Assembly: GCA_951406725.2 (NCBI GenBank)
Contig: OX597824.1
Span: 42,284,001 to 42,348,000, forward strand
From: Octopus vulgaris
Taxonomy: Eukaryota
Reading direction: 5' to 3'
Length of the DNA: 64,000 bases
The position numbers and the translations under genes were made by a program. Positions 39,197 through 53,496 of the stretch are shown piece by piece (the first letter of the stretch is position 1; every line of letters starts with the position of its first letter). Under the pieces are notes generated by a model. It was not told the DNA's origin. It searched no databases and saw only the letters and a program-made list of their open reading frames with translations.

Positions 39197-39239
39197 ATAT
39201 ATATAGAAAATAGTAAAGAGTGAAAAAACTACAGAAGGC

Positions 39240-39714
39240 TTAAATGTTAAAAAATATATATATTTGCGTCAATATGTCTGAAGAATATTAGAAAATTAAA
39301 AAAAAATTTTTTTTTCTCTTATAATGGCATAATTTAAAAGAAAGACCGGTTTCGCGTGTAGCTTTTCAAATTTCTTGCGACGTTATGTTTATGTTGAATA
39401 GAGTTATCGTTATGTTTATGTTCAGGAGAGTTCTAAATAAGGGGAGGTAGTGAGTGATTTCTTCCGGTGTAAGGGAGATAATCGCTTAAAAAATTTTTCC
39501 TTTCCCTTGGTGTGAATTTCTCTGTATCAGTATGTTCGGATGGTTGAGTCTGGGCTTAACGATAACTCTATTCAACATAAACATAACGTCGCAAGAAATT
39601 TGAAAAGCTACACGCGAAAGCTTTAAATTATGTCATTATAAGAGAAAAAAACTTTTTAATTTTCTAATATTCTTCAGAATATTGACGCAAATATATATAT
39701 TTTTTAACATTTAA
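39240..39714. repeat. Fold-back with ~160-170-bp arms between (TA)n tracts
   Basis: 39240-39412 is mirrored by 39557-39714; GAAACCGGTC on the minus strand of the left arm. Confidence 0.85.
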
Positions 39715-39743
39715 TAGCACTGGTCGGTCACGGTGACGGTTTA

Positions 39744-39812
<69 letters not shown>

Positions 39813-39818
39813 GTATAT

Positions 39819-39869
<51 letters not shown>

Positions 39870-40691
39870 CCTCAATGTCATTGGAAATGCAGGACTGCAC
39901 ACATGTGTATGTATGTGTGTATTAGATGAGCGGTAGAGCACCATTCTAAATGGTTTACATTCTCTGGGGTCTTTCTGAATTCTGCAACACCACTACCACC
40001 TCTACAAGTATTCCATACCACCACCACCACCACCAACATCACTACCACCGCTAACGCCACTGCCGCCACTTCTACTACTTCTAACACGTTAATCCGCTAT
40101 CATTTTAGTAATTCTACCACTTCTCTGTGTTACTAATAATACTAATTATTAACTAAATGTGGTTTCCCTAATGGCAGCTACTAGAAGTCGGGTAATCATC
40201 CCGTCACAACATGAGGCAACATTAAAATTTTGAATTTAAAATATTTTAAATTACGAGGAAAAGAACGCATAGAATTCAAATTTATTCTTTTTAATTATTT
40301 CGAACTTCTTACAATTATGTATAGAACAATTTCATTCTTCTTAGAAGTTACCAATATGACATAACCTGTCACTTATTGATTAAATATTTTTTTGCGAAGT
40401 TTTTATTAAAGATGAAAATAATTACAATTCGGAGGAAATTCATGGTATGCGGGTGTTTTGTTTTTGTTTTTTATTTTATTTTTCTTCATAGAACTTTCGT
40501 AATTTAAGAGAGAAAAGAAAGAACGTTCTTGATGTTTACATACAAAATAATAAATACTTCCAGGGGGTTTTCTATTTTGTGAAAATATCTTATATCAGCC
40601 AATAATTTCAAACTTATTCACAAACCGTTTTCCGATATATTCTTTGAGGTGTAGACAATCGTCTGAAGCTGCCATTTTCTTGAGTCACATA

Positions 40692-41690
40692 CAAGGGGGT
40701 ACCGAAAAGAAACTGGAATTTTGCAATATTATTTTATTCACTTAGTTTTACATGTTTACACTTTTATTGCCTTTAAAGTATCCTCCATTTGAAGGTATGC
40801 ATCGGTCCAGACGCATTTTCCACTATTTGAAGCAGTGCTGGAACTTTTGCGAAGTGATGCATTTTAACGCCTCCGTCGTTTTTTCTTCACCTCTCCCACG
40901 TCTGCAAAACGCTTTCCTGTAAGGACTTTTTCATTTGTGGGAACAAAAAATATCGAAAAAGGTTCAGATCAACTTCCAACTGTGCTTCAGTTCCCGACAC
41001 ACACCGATGCATACCTTCAAATGGAAAATACTTTAAAGGCAATAAAAGTGTAAACATGTAAAACTAAGTGAATAAAATAATATTGCAAAATTCCAGTTTC
41101 TTTTCGGTACCCCTTTGTCACGACTGCTTTTGATCTTCCGTGAGCAAGCGAGGCACAAATTTTGCTGTAACTCTTTTTATTCACAATTCCTCGCTCAAAA
41201 TTCGTTGGCAGGATCCCCAGGGCACATCAATCATATCAAGTTCGGCAATTGTTCGGTGACGGTCCTCCAAGATCAGTTCATGAATTTTCGTGATATTTTC
41301 ATTCGTTCTTGAAGTCGACGGTTGCTCTGAACGAGTTTGGTCTTCAAGTGACAAGTGACCATTTTTAAAGTGTGAAAACCACTCGTAAACTTATTTTGCT
41401 CATGGCAGCGTCCTTCTAAGCTGTTTGAAACATGACAACTGTTTCGGCCGATGTTTTACCCAGGAGGAAAGAGAATTTCACGGAAGCACACTGTTTCTTC
41501 GATTCAGCCATCGGAAAAATAAACGAACAGGGAGAAGCAATACGAAACAAAGACGCACTATCTAGCAGTACGATTCCACCTGACGACGCCAGTCAGCAGA
41601 ATGATACCTGAGGATCCAGCGGCGAAAGCCTGCACTACAATGGATTTGTCCCTCAGAGAACGCTTCCGGTTACTTCTGGGTACCTTCTCG
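40692..41690 (-). mobile_element. Internally rearranged mariner-family element
   Basis: TA-flanked imperfect TIRs (caagggggtaccgaaaagaaactggaa / ttccggttacttctgggtaccttctcg); N-terminus MAESKKQCASVKFSFLLGKTSAETV from 41511; C-terminus GKRFADV...RLDRCIPSNGGYFKG; catalytic core deleted. Confidence 0.85.
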
Positions 41691-42898
41691 TATGTTAGGA
41701 TATGGATAAAGTCTATAAATCAATCCTGCTATGACTGAAACAAAAGTTGGAAATAATTTTTTTCTGATTTTTTCCTTCCCCACCACATGGTTTTCGTGTT
41801 TTTTCCTTCTCTTTCTCTGATACATCCACCACGCTAGGCTTGATGAGAAGAGATAATTTTATTGAAAAATATATGAAAATAGATATTTAAAGATGCTTTC
41901 TAATACTTTTTTAACGTTCTCGTTGTTAGCCAATCCTGATTAATTTGCTGTCCTATGATAAAAAATATTCCATGACCATCCAGTCTCATATTCAATCAGT
42001 GTCTGTCTGATATTACCGTTATCCAATTTAGTCTCAGATATTACCTTAAGAAGATACAATAGGATTTAAAGAGGAATTTAGTTGCTATTTCTTGAATATC
42101 AAATGAACTAGTAAAGGCGCCATGTTCTTGCTTAAACCCACCAGATCAGCCCTGATAGAGCAGATCTCTGATTAAAGACGTTCCAGTCATAACCATTTCA
42201 GCTTTTGCATATTCAGTACATATTTTCGTTTTTTAAGACGCTGGATCAATGTTTTCGCTGTTTTGGTAGTAGTGGTTGTTGTTGTTCTTTAATGCCACGT
42301 TAGTTATGTATTGTGGCTGATGTTAGTGTTTAGCTCCAGGACAATTCTGTGTTGCAGTTGTTGCTGTAATTGTTTTTGTTGTTTAGTCACAGGTCTACGG
42401 TGACTCTATACAATGGAAGGTTTGTCTTCTTTTCCGACAACGAATCAAAGAACCACTCTATTCAATATGTAAATTCCTACTATAACTATCCCAACATTTT
42501 TTATACTAGAAACTAAATTATCCTATGTGTCTAAATTAAGACTATAAAACTTTATTTGATTGTTCTTATTGGTTCTTATTTCTTGCACGTCTAGCGACCT
42601 TTGTTGTTAAGTTGTTCGTATTTTGTTACTGCGGTCATCATTGCTGTTGAGATACCGATGTTGTTATTGTTGTGATATAGGTATTGTTATCGTCGTTATG
42701 TTATTCATGTGCAAACATTGGTGTTGTTGTTGTTGTTATTATTGTTGTATTATTGCTGACGTGATATCGGCGATTTTTGTTATTGGTACTGGTGGCGTGA
42801 TATCGATGTTGTCGTTATTGCTATTGTGTTATTGGTTTCATTATATTGGTATTATTTATACTGTTGTTCTTGTGTTACTACAGACGTGATATTATGTA

Positions 42899-43090
<192 letters not shown>

Positions 43091-43702
43091 TTGCTATTGT
43101 TGTTATTGTTGTGTTACTGCAGCTGTATTTTCTGCTGCTCGCCATTGTTTGCGTTTTGCCATTGCGGTTAATATTGCTGTTATCGTCATTTTTATTATAT
43201 TTTACTTCGTTTCATTTTTATTTTTATATCATTGCTAATTTGATGTTGCTGAAGCGGAAAGTGAAAGTGAAAGTAGAAAGGGGTAGACAGGAGTCCCGTC
43301 ATCGAATATATTTTATGAAGGGTGGGCGTGCTTGAATGGCAGGCATGACGTGGGTGAAAAACTCGACCCCTCGATTTCGCTTGCAGGCTATATTGAGTAG
43401 TGAAGGAAAGCATTAACCATTACTGGAAGACGGTCTGGGTTTTTTTTTCCAGGATGCTCTTGATTTGCTCAGTGTGATATACCCATTTAGGGATTCATTT
43501 ATTCATTCATGGACATGTTTTATATTACTATAGTTTTATTTAATCGTTATTTAAAATATAAATAAAAACAAAATAAAGAACTGTTTTTATAGAAACGAGT
43601 TTTAAAACTTAACGTTGGTTTTTTCTTTCTTTTTGAGTCGTGTTTCCGTCTATCAAATGTCTGTTTCGGTGTCCTTATGGTAAATAAAGGAAAATTAATT
43701 TC

Positions 43703-43757
<55 letters not shown>

Positions 43758-43934
43758 GTCTGTGCCAAAAATTTGAAACCATTATTTTTGTTGTTGTTGT
43801 TGCTGTTATATTTCTTTTGTTATCGTCATTCTCATCCTCTTCATCACCATCATCCTCGTCCTCATCTTCGTCGTCGTCATCGTTGTCATCATCATCATCA
43901 TACTCATCATATTCATCACATCCACCAGACTGGT

Positions 43935-44316
43935 TTGTACGTCGAGAAAATGCTTTGAGATATTCATTCTGGTTCCTTAACTTCTGTGTTCGAGTCCTGC
44001 CGAGGCCGAAATCCTCTTTCATTCTTTCGGGGGTTGATAAACTAAAATACCACTGAAATACTGGGGGCACAAGATAATCGACTAACTTCGTCTTCCGAAA
44101 ATAACTCCCCTTGTTCCAAGTCTTCAAATCATTATTAAATGGCATTTCTTCCGGCTTTTTAAGTTCTGAGTTCGAATTCCGCCGAGGTTGACTTTGCCCT
44201 TTCATCCTTTCGGGATCGATAAAATAAGTACCCGTTGGGGACTGAGGTCGATGTAATCGACTGACCCCCTTCCACTACCACAAAAAAATCCGGGCCTTGT
44301 ACCTTTAGTAGAAAGG

Positions 44317-44318
<2 letters not shown>
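43935..44318 (+). mobile_element. Two SINE family C copies
   Basis: Two central blocks, including ttctgagttcgaattccgccgaggttgactttgccctttcatcctttcgggatcgataaaataagtacc. Confidence 0.8.
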
Positions 44319-44357
<39 letters not shown>

Positions 44358-44394
44358 CATTATTATTATTATTATTATCATTATTATTATTATT

Positions 44395-44441
<47 letters not shown>

Positions 44442-45529
44442 TATCGTCGTCGTCGTCGTCGTTGTTGTTGTAGAGAGGACGGTTAGACGAGAATTTACCA
44501 AATGCTAGAAACTAGTACAATTTTTAAGAAGGTTGATACGTAAAAATCAGTAGAACTTCAGGCAAAATAAATCGGTGTTTTATTTAGCTACACGACTTTT
44601 GTGCTCTTGCGTTCAAATCCCAACTATGACGGCTTTCTTTGGGCTTTTCATTTTCTTAGGGTTCAATAAAATAAAGAACCAGTCAAGTACTGAAGCAGTT
44701 TCAATCGATTATACGCTCGTCACCTCGCTGACATAATTTATGGTTTCGTATTTATTTATTTATTACCGTTGATATTGTATATGTTGCTGTCACTGATGTT
44801 GCTGTTTCTTATGTTGTTCTTGTTTAACAGCGGCAGTAGTTATTGTTGTGTGGGAGCTTGGAAAACGAAATCAATGGCACGGTTTAACAATGATTAATCC
44901 ACATTGACACTTTGTGTTCTGATCTCTTTTTAAAGATACATGCACACATACACACATACATATGTGTGTATGTGTGTGATTGGTGTGTTGAATTGTTGAT
45001 TTTGCTAGCGAAATGGTTACGAGGTGTATGTGTGAGATGGGATTACGGCCCGCTGTTCTTGAAAGAGCTTGTCGGTTGAGGAGTGGAAGGAAGCCGTGGT
45101 TGGGAAGCTGATGGCTATCGAAGCTCGTTTACAAGATTGTTTCGTCCCGTTGCAGCTGCTTGAGAATTTTGTACTTAAAAGTGAAAAGGGGGAAACTCCA
45201 TTTCTCTATTTTTCTTTCAACTCTTCCACTCTGTCTCTCCTCCCCCTTATCCCACCTTTCCCTTTCTTTCTTTCTTTCTTTCTTTTCTTCGTCATAATCT
45301 CGCTCTCACCATTTCCCCCTTTACTTTTCGTTCCACTCTTTTGTATTCGTGTTAATATATCTTCACCTTTCTATTACACCATTTTCCTTCTTTTGATTTT
45401 CAACTCTTTCTCTTTTCTGTCTGTTCCCACGCTTAGATCTACATCATTTCGCCTACAAGCTTGGAGTCATTCACCTTTTCTCTCTCTCCTCCCTCCATCG
45501 CATCCAATCCTATCTCATCTATCAACTTG

Positions 45530-45600
<71 letters not shown>

Positions 45601-45628
45601 GTCTGTCTGTCTGTCTGTCAGTCAGTCA

Positions 45629-45689
<61 letters not shown>

Positions 45690-45831
45690 GCTATCTATCT
45701 ATCTATCTATTTATCTATCTATCTGTGTATCTATTTATCTGTCTGTCTCTGTTTGTCTGTCTGTCTGCCTGATTATCTATCTATTTATCTATGTACCAAC
45801 CTGTCTACTAAACTACTCGTCTTTGTCTATA

Positions 45832-45894
<63 letters not shown>

Positions 45895-45992
45895 ATGTCT
45901 GTCTATCTGTTTATCTATCCATCTATCTACCTATCTATGTACCTATCTATCTATCTATCTTGTCTGCCTGTCTCTGTCTCTCTGTCTCTCTC

Positions 45993-46055
<63 letters not shown>
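45530..46055. repeat. (CTAT)n/(CTGT)n/(CT)n compound microsatellite
   Basis: Direct reading; accounts for most of ORF 45069-46058. Confidence 0.95.
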
Positions 46056-46057
<2 letters not shown>

Positions 46058-46181
46058 GTTCAACTCGCCATCTTTAATACTCCCATTTATCTCTCTTTTA
46101 CTATCCGTCTTCTTTCTCTTTACCTTTCCAGTTTTTCTTACTAATTTTTCTTTGGCTTACTCCCTTTCTCCTTATTTTATA

Positions 46182-46231
<50 letters not shown>

Positions 46232-46984
46232 TTCCTTTCTTTCTTTTTCTTTCTCCTACACTGTTTTCCTTTCCTCCTTCCTGCCTTTCTTTCCTGCGTT
46301 ATTACCAACACTCAACCCTTCCAAGCTCCACTAACACAATAGCAATACCCCACCTCCACCATCACCCCACCACCACTACAAACATCATCACCAGCGTCAT
46401 CACTATCGCCTTTTCGTCGTCATTATCGTCATCGCCGACACCACTACCGTTACCACCATCATAACCACAACAACCGCCACTACCAGAACCATCACAACCA
46501 CCACTACTACAACCATCACAACCGCAACTACCAGCACAACCATAACTACCACCACAATCACAACCACCACAACAATAACTACCACCATAACCACGACCAC
46601 CACAACTACAACCATAACCATAACTGCTACCACCACAATCACCACCTTAACTACTACCACCACAACTCCCACCATAGCCACCGCCACAGCAACTACCACT
46701 ACAACCACAACCACCACCAACACCACTACCATAACTACAACTCCCACCCCAACTATCACATAACTATTATCTAACACAATAAAGTTTACTTCCCGCTAAC
46801 ACCACTCCTGCAACAACAACAACAATAACAACAGCAGCAGAAGCAGCAACAACAGTAGCAGCAGTAGCAACAGTAGCAGAAGCAGCAACAATAGCAGCAG
46901 CAGCAGTAGCAGCAATGACCACAATCACCAGCTTTATCAACCAATATCACCACCATCTTCTCCAATATTTCCCCCCACAAGACC

Positions 46985-47016
<32 letters not shown>

Positions 47017-47332
47017 CAAAAACAACATGTTTACCATCCCCACCACGGCTTCTACCGCCGTTAATACTGTGAACTAATTGATCCTGTGAATAACTTTCAT
47101 TATCACGTTGGGTAAACGACCCTATCCAAAGATGGGCTTCATCCTTCCCAACCTCCTTCATCTTCATAAGATTGCACATCCCTCCTCTCTCAAACTTATA
47201 CCAATCCATCCACTATCAGCCTCGTCACCAATTCATGATCGAGACGTCTGCTGACCCTGAACACTTCCAACTGCCTCGCTTCGCACCCTCTCCCACTGTC
47301 CCTCCCCTCCATTCATTTATTTATTTCGTTCA

Positions 47333-47373
<41 letters not shown>

Positions 47374-47637
47374 ACACGTATACACACACATATATACATG
47401 CGTGGTATGTGTGTGTGTGTTGTGTGTGTTTTTAAATATATATATGTGGTCGTGTATGTATATCACACTGCATATATATGCAAGTGAATATGTACTTATA
47501 TATGTGTATGCATAATTATATACACGCGTACTTATATGTGTCTATGCTTGTGTAAATATATATATGTGTGTGTGTCTATGTGTGTATTTATATATGTATA
47601 CATATGAGTATCTATCTGTCTGCCTACCAATGTATCC

Positions 47638-47697
<60 letters not shown>

Positions 47698-47702
47698 GTC
47701 TG

Positions 47703-47769
<67 letters not shown>

Positions 47770-47893
47770 GTCTGTCTATCTATCTATCTATCTATATATA
47801 TATATATCTGTCTGTCTGTCTGTCTGTCTATATGTCTCTCTGTCTATCTGTCTGTCTGTCTATCTGTCACTATGAATCTATCTGTTTGTGTAC

Positions 47894-47928
<35 letters not shown>

Positions 47929-48222
47929 CTCGTTAATACTACTTATATACACATATACACGCATATACATTACATATACATACATACATACATATACATA
48001 TATACATACTTAGATACATACACACAAATATATATATATTTACACACAAACATATACATACAGTTTATTACATAAATGCAAAATAAGGTGGAAAAATAAT
48101 GCTCGAATACCAAAGTTTTCATCACAAATGTCCAACGAACGAGAACGTGAAACTCTGAGTAACAGTTTTTGAGGTAATTTTGCAGCTTTAATAGAAGTAT
48201 GTGTGTGTGTGTGTATATATGT

Positions 48223-48295
<73 letters not shown>

Positions 48296-48320
48296 TTTTC
48301 ATCATCATCATCATTCTCGA

Positions 48321-48872
48321 AATAAGCAACAGAATATCATGTAGTAATGAAATACGACCGTTTCAGGCGGCTCCATTTAATTGAACGTTGCAACAATTGC
48401 ATCAATTTAAATGCATCAATTTAAATGCAGTACCATCTTCAGCTGCACAAATAAATATATAGTATTTTAACCAGTCGGACATGATAATATAATTTTACTC
48501 AAATACTTTAACAGAGCAAGAACATGGAAGAAATTCATGTTGTCGCTATGGCAGTTAAGAATAGACTACACGTCTAAGAATGAAGTCCATTGGGGTTAAA
48601 CTATGACCCCAATGGGCTTCATGCGCTTCCTGGAACTGTAGTATATTCTTAGCTACAATAGCATCAACATGAATTTCTTCCATCTTCTTGCTCTGTAACT
48701 ATTTTTGAGAAAAATTTTATTAATGTGTCCAACTGGTTAAAATTCTATTTATTTATTTGCGCAGTTGATGATGGCACTGCATTTAAATTGATGTAATGAT
48801 TGCATTGTTCAATTAAATGGAGCCACTCCAAACGGTCGTACTACATCACTACTTGATATCCTGTTGCTTATT
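48321..48872. repeat. ~550-bp imperfect palindrome with a hammerhead motif in each arm
   Basis: Centre ccattggggtt-aaactat-gaccccaatgg; left arm (-) CTGAAGA-TGG...GAAA-CG-GTC; right arm (+) TTGATGA-TGG...CAAA-CG-GTC. Confidence 0.85.
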
Positions 48873-49018
48873 CTGATTTTATTCACCTTCGAGCTGTGCG
48901 GATGATACCAGACTGACTTGGTACTTCAACTTAAGTACCTAATTCAACTGAATCTCAATTATTTCTTATATATATATATATACACACACACATATATACA
49001 CATATATATATATGTATG

Positions 49019-49084
<66 letters not shown>

Positions 49085-49657
49085 CATATATACATGCATA
49101 TATATATACACACACACACATTCAATTTATGGATGGACTCCATGATGTAGACTAAATGTAAATACGACCTTGATTTGAACCCCATGTAAGTAGTGTGAAG
49201 TCCACGTTGGCACATTTGGAAAAGTATTGGATGTCTGAGTAAATATAAAGGGCTTTAAAATACTCCAGATGTATCTGGTATTTTATTCGTACCTAAAGTC
49301 TTAAATACAATTCCAGTAATGAGTAAAATGCTCCCTGGCGCTTGAAAAAGTCTTCTGATAGGGCCTCCGCCACTAGGGATAAACGGTTACATACCTTAGG
49401 GAACCGCCATAGCAACTACTAATGCCAAATATCACCGACTGTCGAAATATCTTAAAATCATTCTTTTCTCAATATCTAGGTCTACTATCAACAACTCAGT
49501 TCGATCACAGCTAACCAAACCAGGTGTGAACCCTAGACCTGCTGATTTGTATCATGCCAAAATCCATTGACCTCGAATTATTCAGATGTTGAACTTGCAT
49601 ATCTGTCATTTTTTGGTCATTTACACACTCAAACATCATTGAAGTCGCAGTCGGAGT

Positions 49658-49727
<70 letters not shown>

Positions 49728-49772
49728 CAATAATAATAATAATAATTTATAACAATAATAACAACAATAATA

Positions 49773-49805
<33 letters not shown>

Positions 49806-51573
49806 GTGATGGTGATGGTGATGGTGATGATGATGATGATGATAACAATAATAATTTAGTAACTATCTGGATCCTGGTTTCTTACAGCGCCAGAAATCTT
49901 CTCCAAGAAGTTACTAACTTAACTCCACAAGGACTTCTTACCATATGCAAAGCAAGAGCTTCTTTATCCTTATGTGTACACAATCCATTTTTGTTTTATG
50001 GAACAAACCCTTAATTTCCATCTTCATAAGCAACATATTATTTTTCTTTCTTTTGACCGTCAGCTTAACCATTAACTTCACATTGTTCTTTCGAAAAGTT
50101 GGAGAGGCCCAGATGTGCCAGGGAAACATTATTTTGTTGTTTTGTCTTCTGATATCACATGCCGTTGTAGATTTTCACCTTTATGCGATTTCGATAGTTG
50201 TAGCTTCTTTCCGAGTGGTTTGTTTTTCTCTTGATGACTTGCCTTTTGTTTTAAACTTCCCTTTCAACCACAACACCGTAATATGATGCGGTACAGCAGT
50301 TCATACCTTGGGTGCCTAGCTAACGTCATTCTACAAAAGAAATTTTCTTTTACAGAATGGCGTTTCTTCTCCACCGCTTTCTGTATTTTGAAGGGAGCTG
50401 GCCAATTTGTTCAACCGCATTTCAGCTGTAAGCTTGATCCCGACGTGTTAGTTGCAGGTTGCTAGGAAGCAACAATACTGGCCAGTATTAAAAAAAAATT
50501 TCCTGCTGCCCTTGATGGTGTTCCTGCAGTAATTGTTTATTAATTGGTTGCTTTTGTTGTTGCTCTTTCCGATAGAGCCTTTTGCTCTTCGCCATCCGTC
50601 TGAAATACTTCATCCTAGATCAAGATGATTTTGAATTGGTGATAATGGCGAAAATTGTGGTGGTATTGTTTTCTCCAATGTTCTCGGCGCTGAGCATTCA
50701 GCTGCTCAACCAATTAATTTCTAGTCATGAAATTAACATGTAAGTGGCAGAGTATTCCGTAGTCACGTTCTTACTTAACATTATTATCAGACCGAATGAG
50801 TATGATACAATGAGGCAAGACTGGGGTTTCGACTTCTGAATTACAGGTAAAGCCGAGAGAAAACGAGAGAAGAATCAATCCCAGCATTGGATTGGTTATT
50901 TATTTAGCAACCCACCTCAGAAAAGATAAAAGACATAGTCGACCTCAACCGGATTTGATCTCAAACCATGAAGTGTCAGAATGAATAGCGCCGGGAATTC
51001 TCTCCGATGAACAAATAATTCTTCTAATGCACCTCCTTACATTCTTGCTAACCCTCTGTTCTTTCGGTATCACGATCACCTCGAAGAATATGCTAATCCT
51101 GAGCCAGTCTGTTTCACATATGTCCGTGTTATCTTCGACTTGAAATATATGTTATGAACGTCTTCTACTCTGATGTTATTGCCCAAGTCTTGACCGTTAC
51201 GAATATTTTACATCTGTAAAGAGGCACAAGCATGGACGTTTCTCACACAAGTCTGTCCATTCGAGTTATAAATTACGTCACTAACCCTAAAGATCACCGC
51301 TCCCTTTACTCCCATAGTTTATAAGTTGTCAGTCTAATTTAATGGCTTCAAAATCTCCCCTAGACGGGTTTTTAAGTCACATTGACTCGTGGGAGATGCC
51401 ATCTGAACCTAATTGTCTTTTTTGCCTATTTCTACACAAAACTCTTTAGGGAATAATATTTATCTGCACTTTGTTGACGTATGGCCGTATCTCTTCAATT
51501 TTCTTTTTTCGTCCAACATATTCATGTCCAAACACATGCGTACGCAATCGGCTAGTGCAAATATATTTTTTAT

Positions 51574-51795
51574 TTTTCCCTGTTGTCCTTTGTATTTCCG
51601 TTGCTATTTTTGCTAATGTTATTCTCGTCGATTTCACCGTCAATGTTGTTGTTATTACTTTTAATGTCGTTGCTGTTGTGCTGTTTGTGTTTTTCCCCGT
51701 TGTCCTTTATACTTCCGTTGCTATTTTTGCTAATCTCATTCTTGTCGTTTTCTCCGTTGATATTGTTGTTATTACTGTTACTGTCGTTGCTGCTG
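51574..51795. repeat. Degenerate 117-bp tandem duplication in GTT-rich low-complexity DNA
   Basis: gttgtccttt...ttccgttgctatttttgctaat occurs twice. Confidence 0.8.
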
Positions 51796-51894
51796 CTACT
51801 GTTACTGTTATGCCGTTTCTTTTGCAACAGCTACTCCTTCTGCTTCTGCTACTACTGCTGCTGCTTCTGCTACTACTGCTGCTGCTGTTTTTAA

Positions 51895-52325
51895 CGTTAT
51901 TGCAAATATTTGTTATACAGTGGTCAGTTACTGTTTCAGTTATTGCATTGTATCAATGCAGGGGCACCACACTGAGCAGTTTAGTCGAATAAATTGCCTC
52001 CGGTACGTCTTTCAAAGTCTACAACTTATTCTATCGGATCTCTCCACCCTACCACCCACCGAACTGCCAAGTTATTGGGACACAAACAAACCAACAACTG
52101 TTCTCAATTGGAGTGGGAAAGGGATAAACACAAACACAAATACGCATACACACACACGCGCGTACACTCATCTGACGGGCTTCTTTTAATTTGCCATCTA
52201 ACAAATCTACTGACAAGGCTTTGGTCGACCCAAGGTTACAGTAAAAGACACTTGCAAAGATGCCAGACAGAGGAACACAACCGGAACTATGCAGTTGGGA
52301 AACGAACTTCTTATCACACAGCTAC
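51895..52325 (-). mobile_element. SINE family A, old copy
   Basis: Diverged reverse complement of 52582-52980, including the internal CA tract. Confidence 0.65.
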
Positions 52326-52581
52326 GCCTTACTTATCCAAACGTTATGAAACATTATTATTTATTTTTCGAAATCTTCCGTCTGCCCCTAGTCTTCCACT
52401 GCATTAGAAAACGAAAGAAAGAAGTTGGATACTGCTGTTATAATTATCATATCTCACCTTCATAACCGCTGACATGTTGAATATATATCACTTTTTGTAT
52501 TGAAGGTAAAATCAAATGGCAATTAACAATATGTGGTGAAGATATCTTTGTGCATATATGTATTTATATTATATTTTTACA

Positions 52582-52980
52582 GGCGCAGGAGTGGCTGTGT
52601 GGTAAGTAGCTTGCTAACCAACCACATGGTTCCGGGTTCAGTCCCAATGCGTGACATCTTGGGCAATTGTCTTCTGCTATAGCCCCGAGCCGACCAATGC
52701 CTTGTGAGTGGATTTGGTAGACGGAAACTGAAAGAAGCCTGTCGTATATATGTATATATATATGTATGTGTGTGTTTGTGTGTCTGTTTGTCCCCCTAGC
52801 ATTGCTTGACAACCGATGCTGGTGTGTTTACGTCCCCGTCACTTAGCGGTTCGGCAAAAGAGACCGATAGAATAAGTACTGGGCTTACAAATAATAAGTC
52901 CCGGGGTCGATTTGCTCGACTAAAGGCGGTGCTCCGGCATGGCCGCAGTAAAATGACTGAAACAAGTAAAAGAGTAAAGA
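52582..52980 (+). mobile_element. SINE family A, full-length copy with an internal TA/TG microsatellite
   Basis: A box (tggctgtgtgg), B box (ggttcagtccc), cttgggcaa CORE-like segment, 3' ...gactgaaacaagtaaaagagtaaaga. Confidence 0.9.
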
Positions 52981-53106
52981 GTGTCGTGACTGTGAATTCG
53001 AAGTTCTGGTCTGCTATCTTTCATCTAAGGAAGTTACTCTCACCGCTTTTCTTGTGAAAAATATAATAAATATTTACTACACAGAAAGTATTGAGTAACC
53101 CTTCAG

Positions 53107-53138
<32 letters not shown>

Positions 53139-53143
<5 letters not shown>

Positions 53144-53445
53144 TTTACGTTTCGAGCCTACGCTCTTCAACAGGAAGGAATAAGAGATCGACAGAGAGAG
53201 AATGAAAAAAAAACGTGTAGCGTTCAGAGGTCCGGCATTTGTACACTACCTGTCTTCGTCTTTTGTTTTTTTCGTAAACTTTGCCTATATATATATATTT
53301 CATTCTCTCTCTCTGTAGATCTCTTATTCCTTCCTGTTGAAGAGCGTAGGCTCGAAACGTAAAAGACTTGCTTTTTTCCCGAGCGTCAACCTAATACACT
53401 TGCTTGTGGTTCACACACCTGTCTTCGACTTTTGTTTTTCTATTT
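53139..53445. mobile_element. Inverted pair of family P2 pseudo-LTR-like units, each with a CTGTTGA hammerhead-like motif
   Basis: Arms 53140-53207 / 53298-53368; plus-strand motif CTGTTGA-A-GAGC-gtag-GCTC-GAAA-CGTA at 53334-53361. Confidence 0.75.
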
Positions 53446-53449
53446 CAAC

Positions 53450-53496
<47 letters not shown>

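Noticed and set aside
45069-46058. Longest ORF (329 aa) as a gene
   Set aside because: Mostly translated CT-rich and (CTAT)n repeats, with no recognisable domain.
46340-46760. ACC/AAC-rich tract as a mucin-like exon
   Set aside because: Cryptic trinucleotide repeat with no convincing splice sites or flanking coding sequence.
49860-50650. Possible retroelement or exon relic
   Set aside because: Looks non-repetitive, but I could not recover a recognisable protein motif in any frame; needs tBLASTx.
51471-51992. Hydrophobic 173-aa ORF as a membrane protein
   Set aside because: Product of GTT/GCT low-complexity sequence and a tandem duplication.
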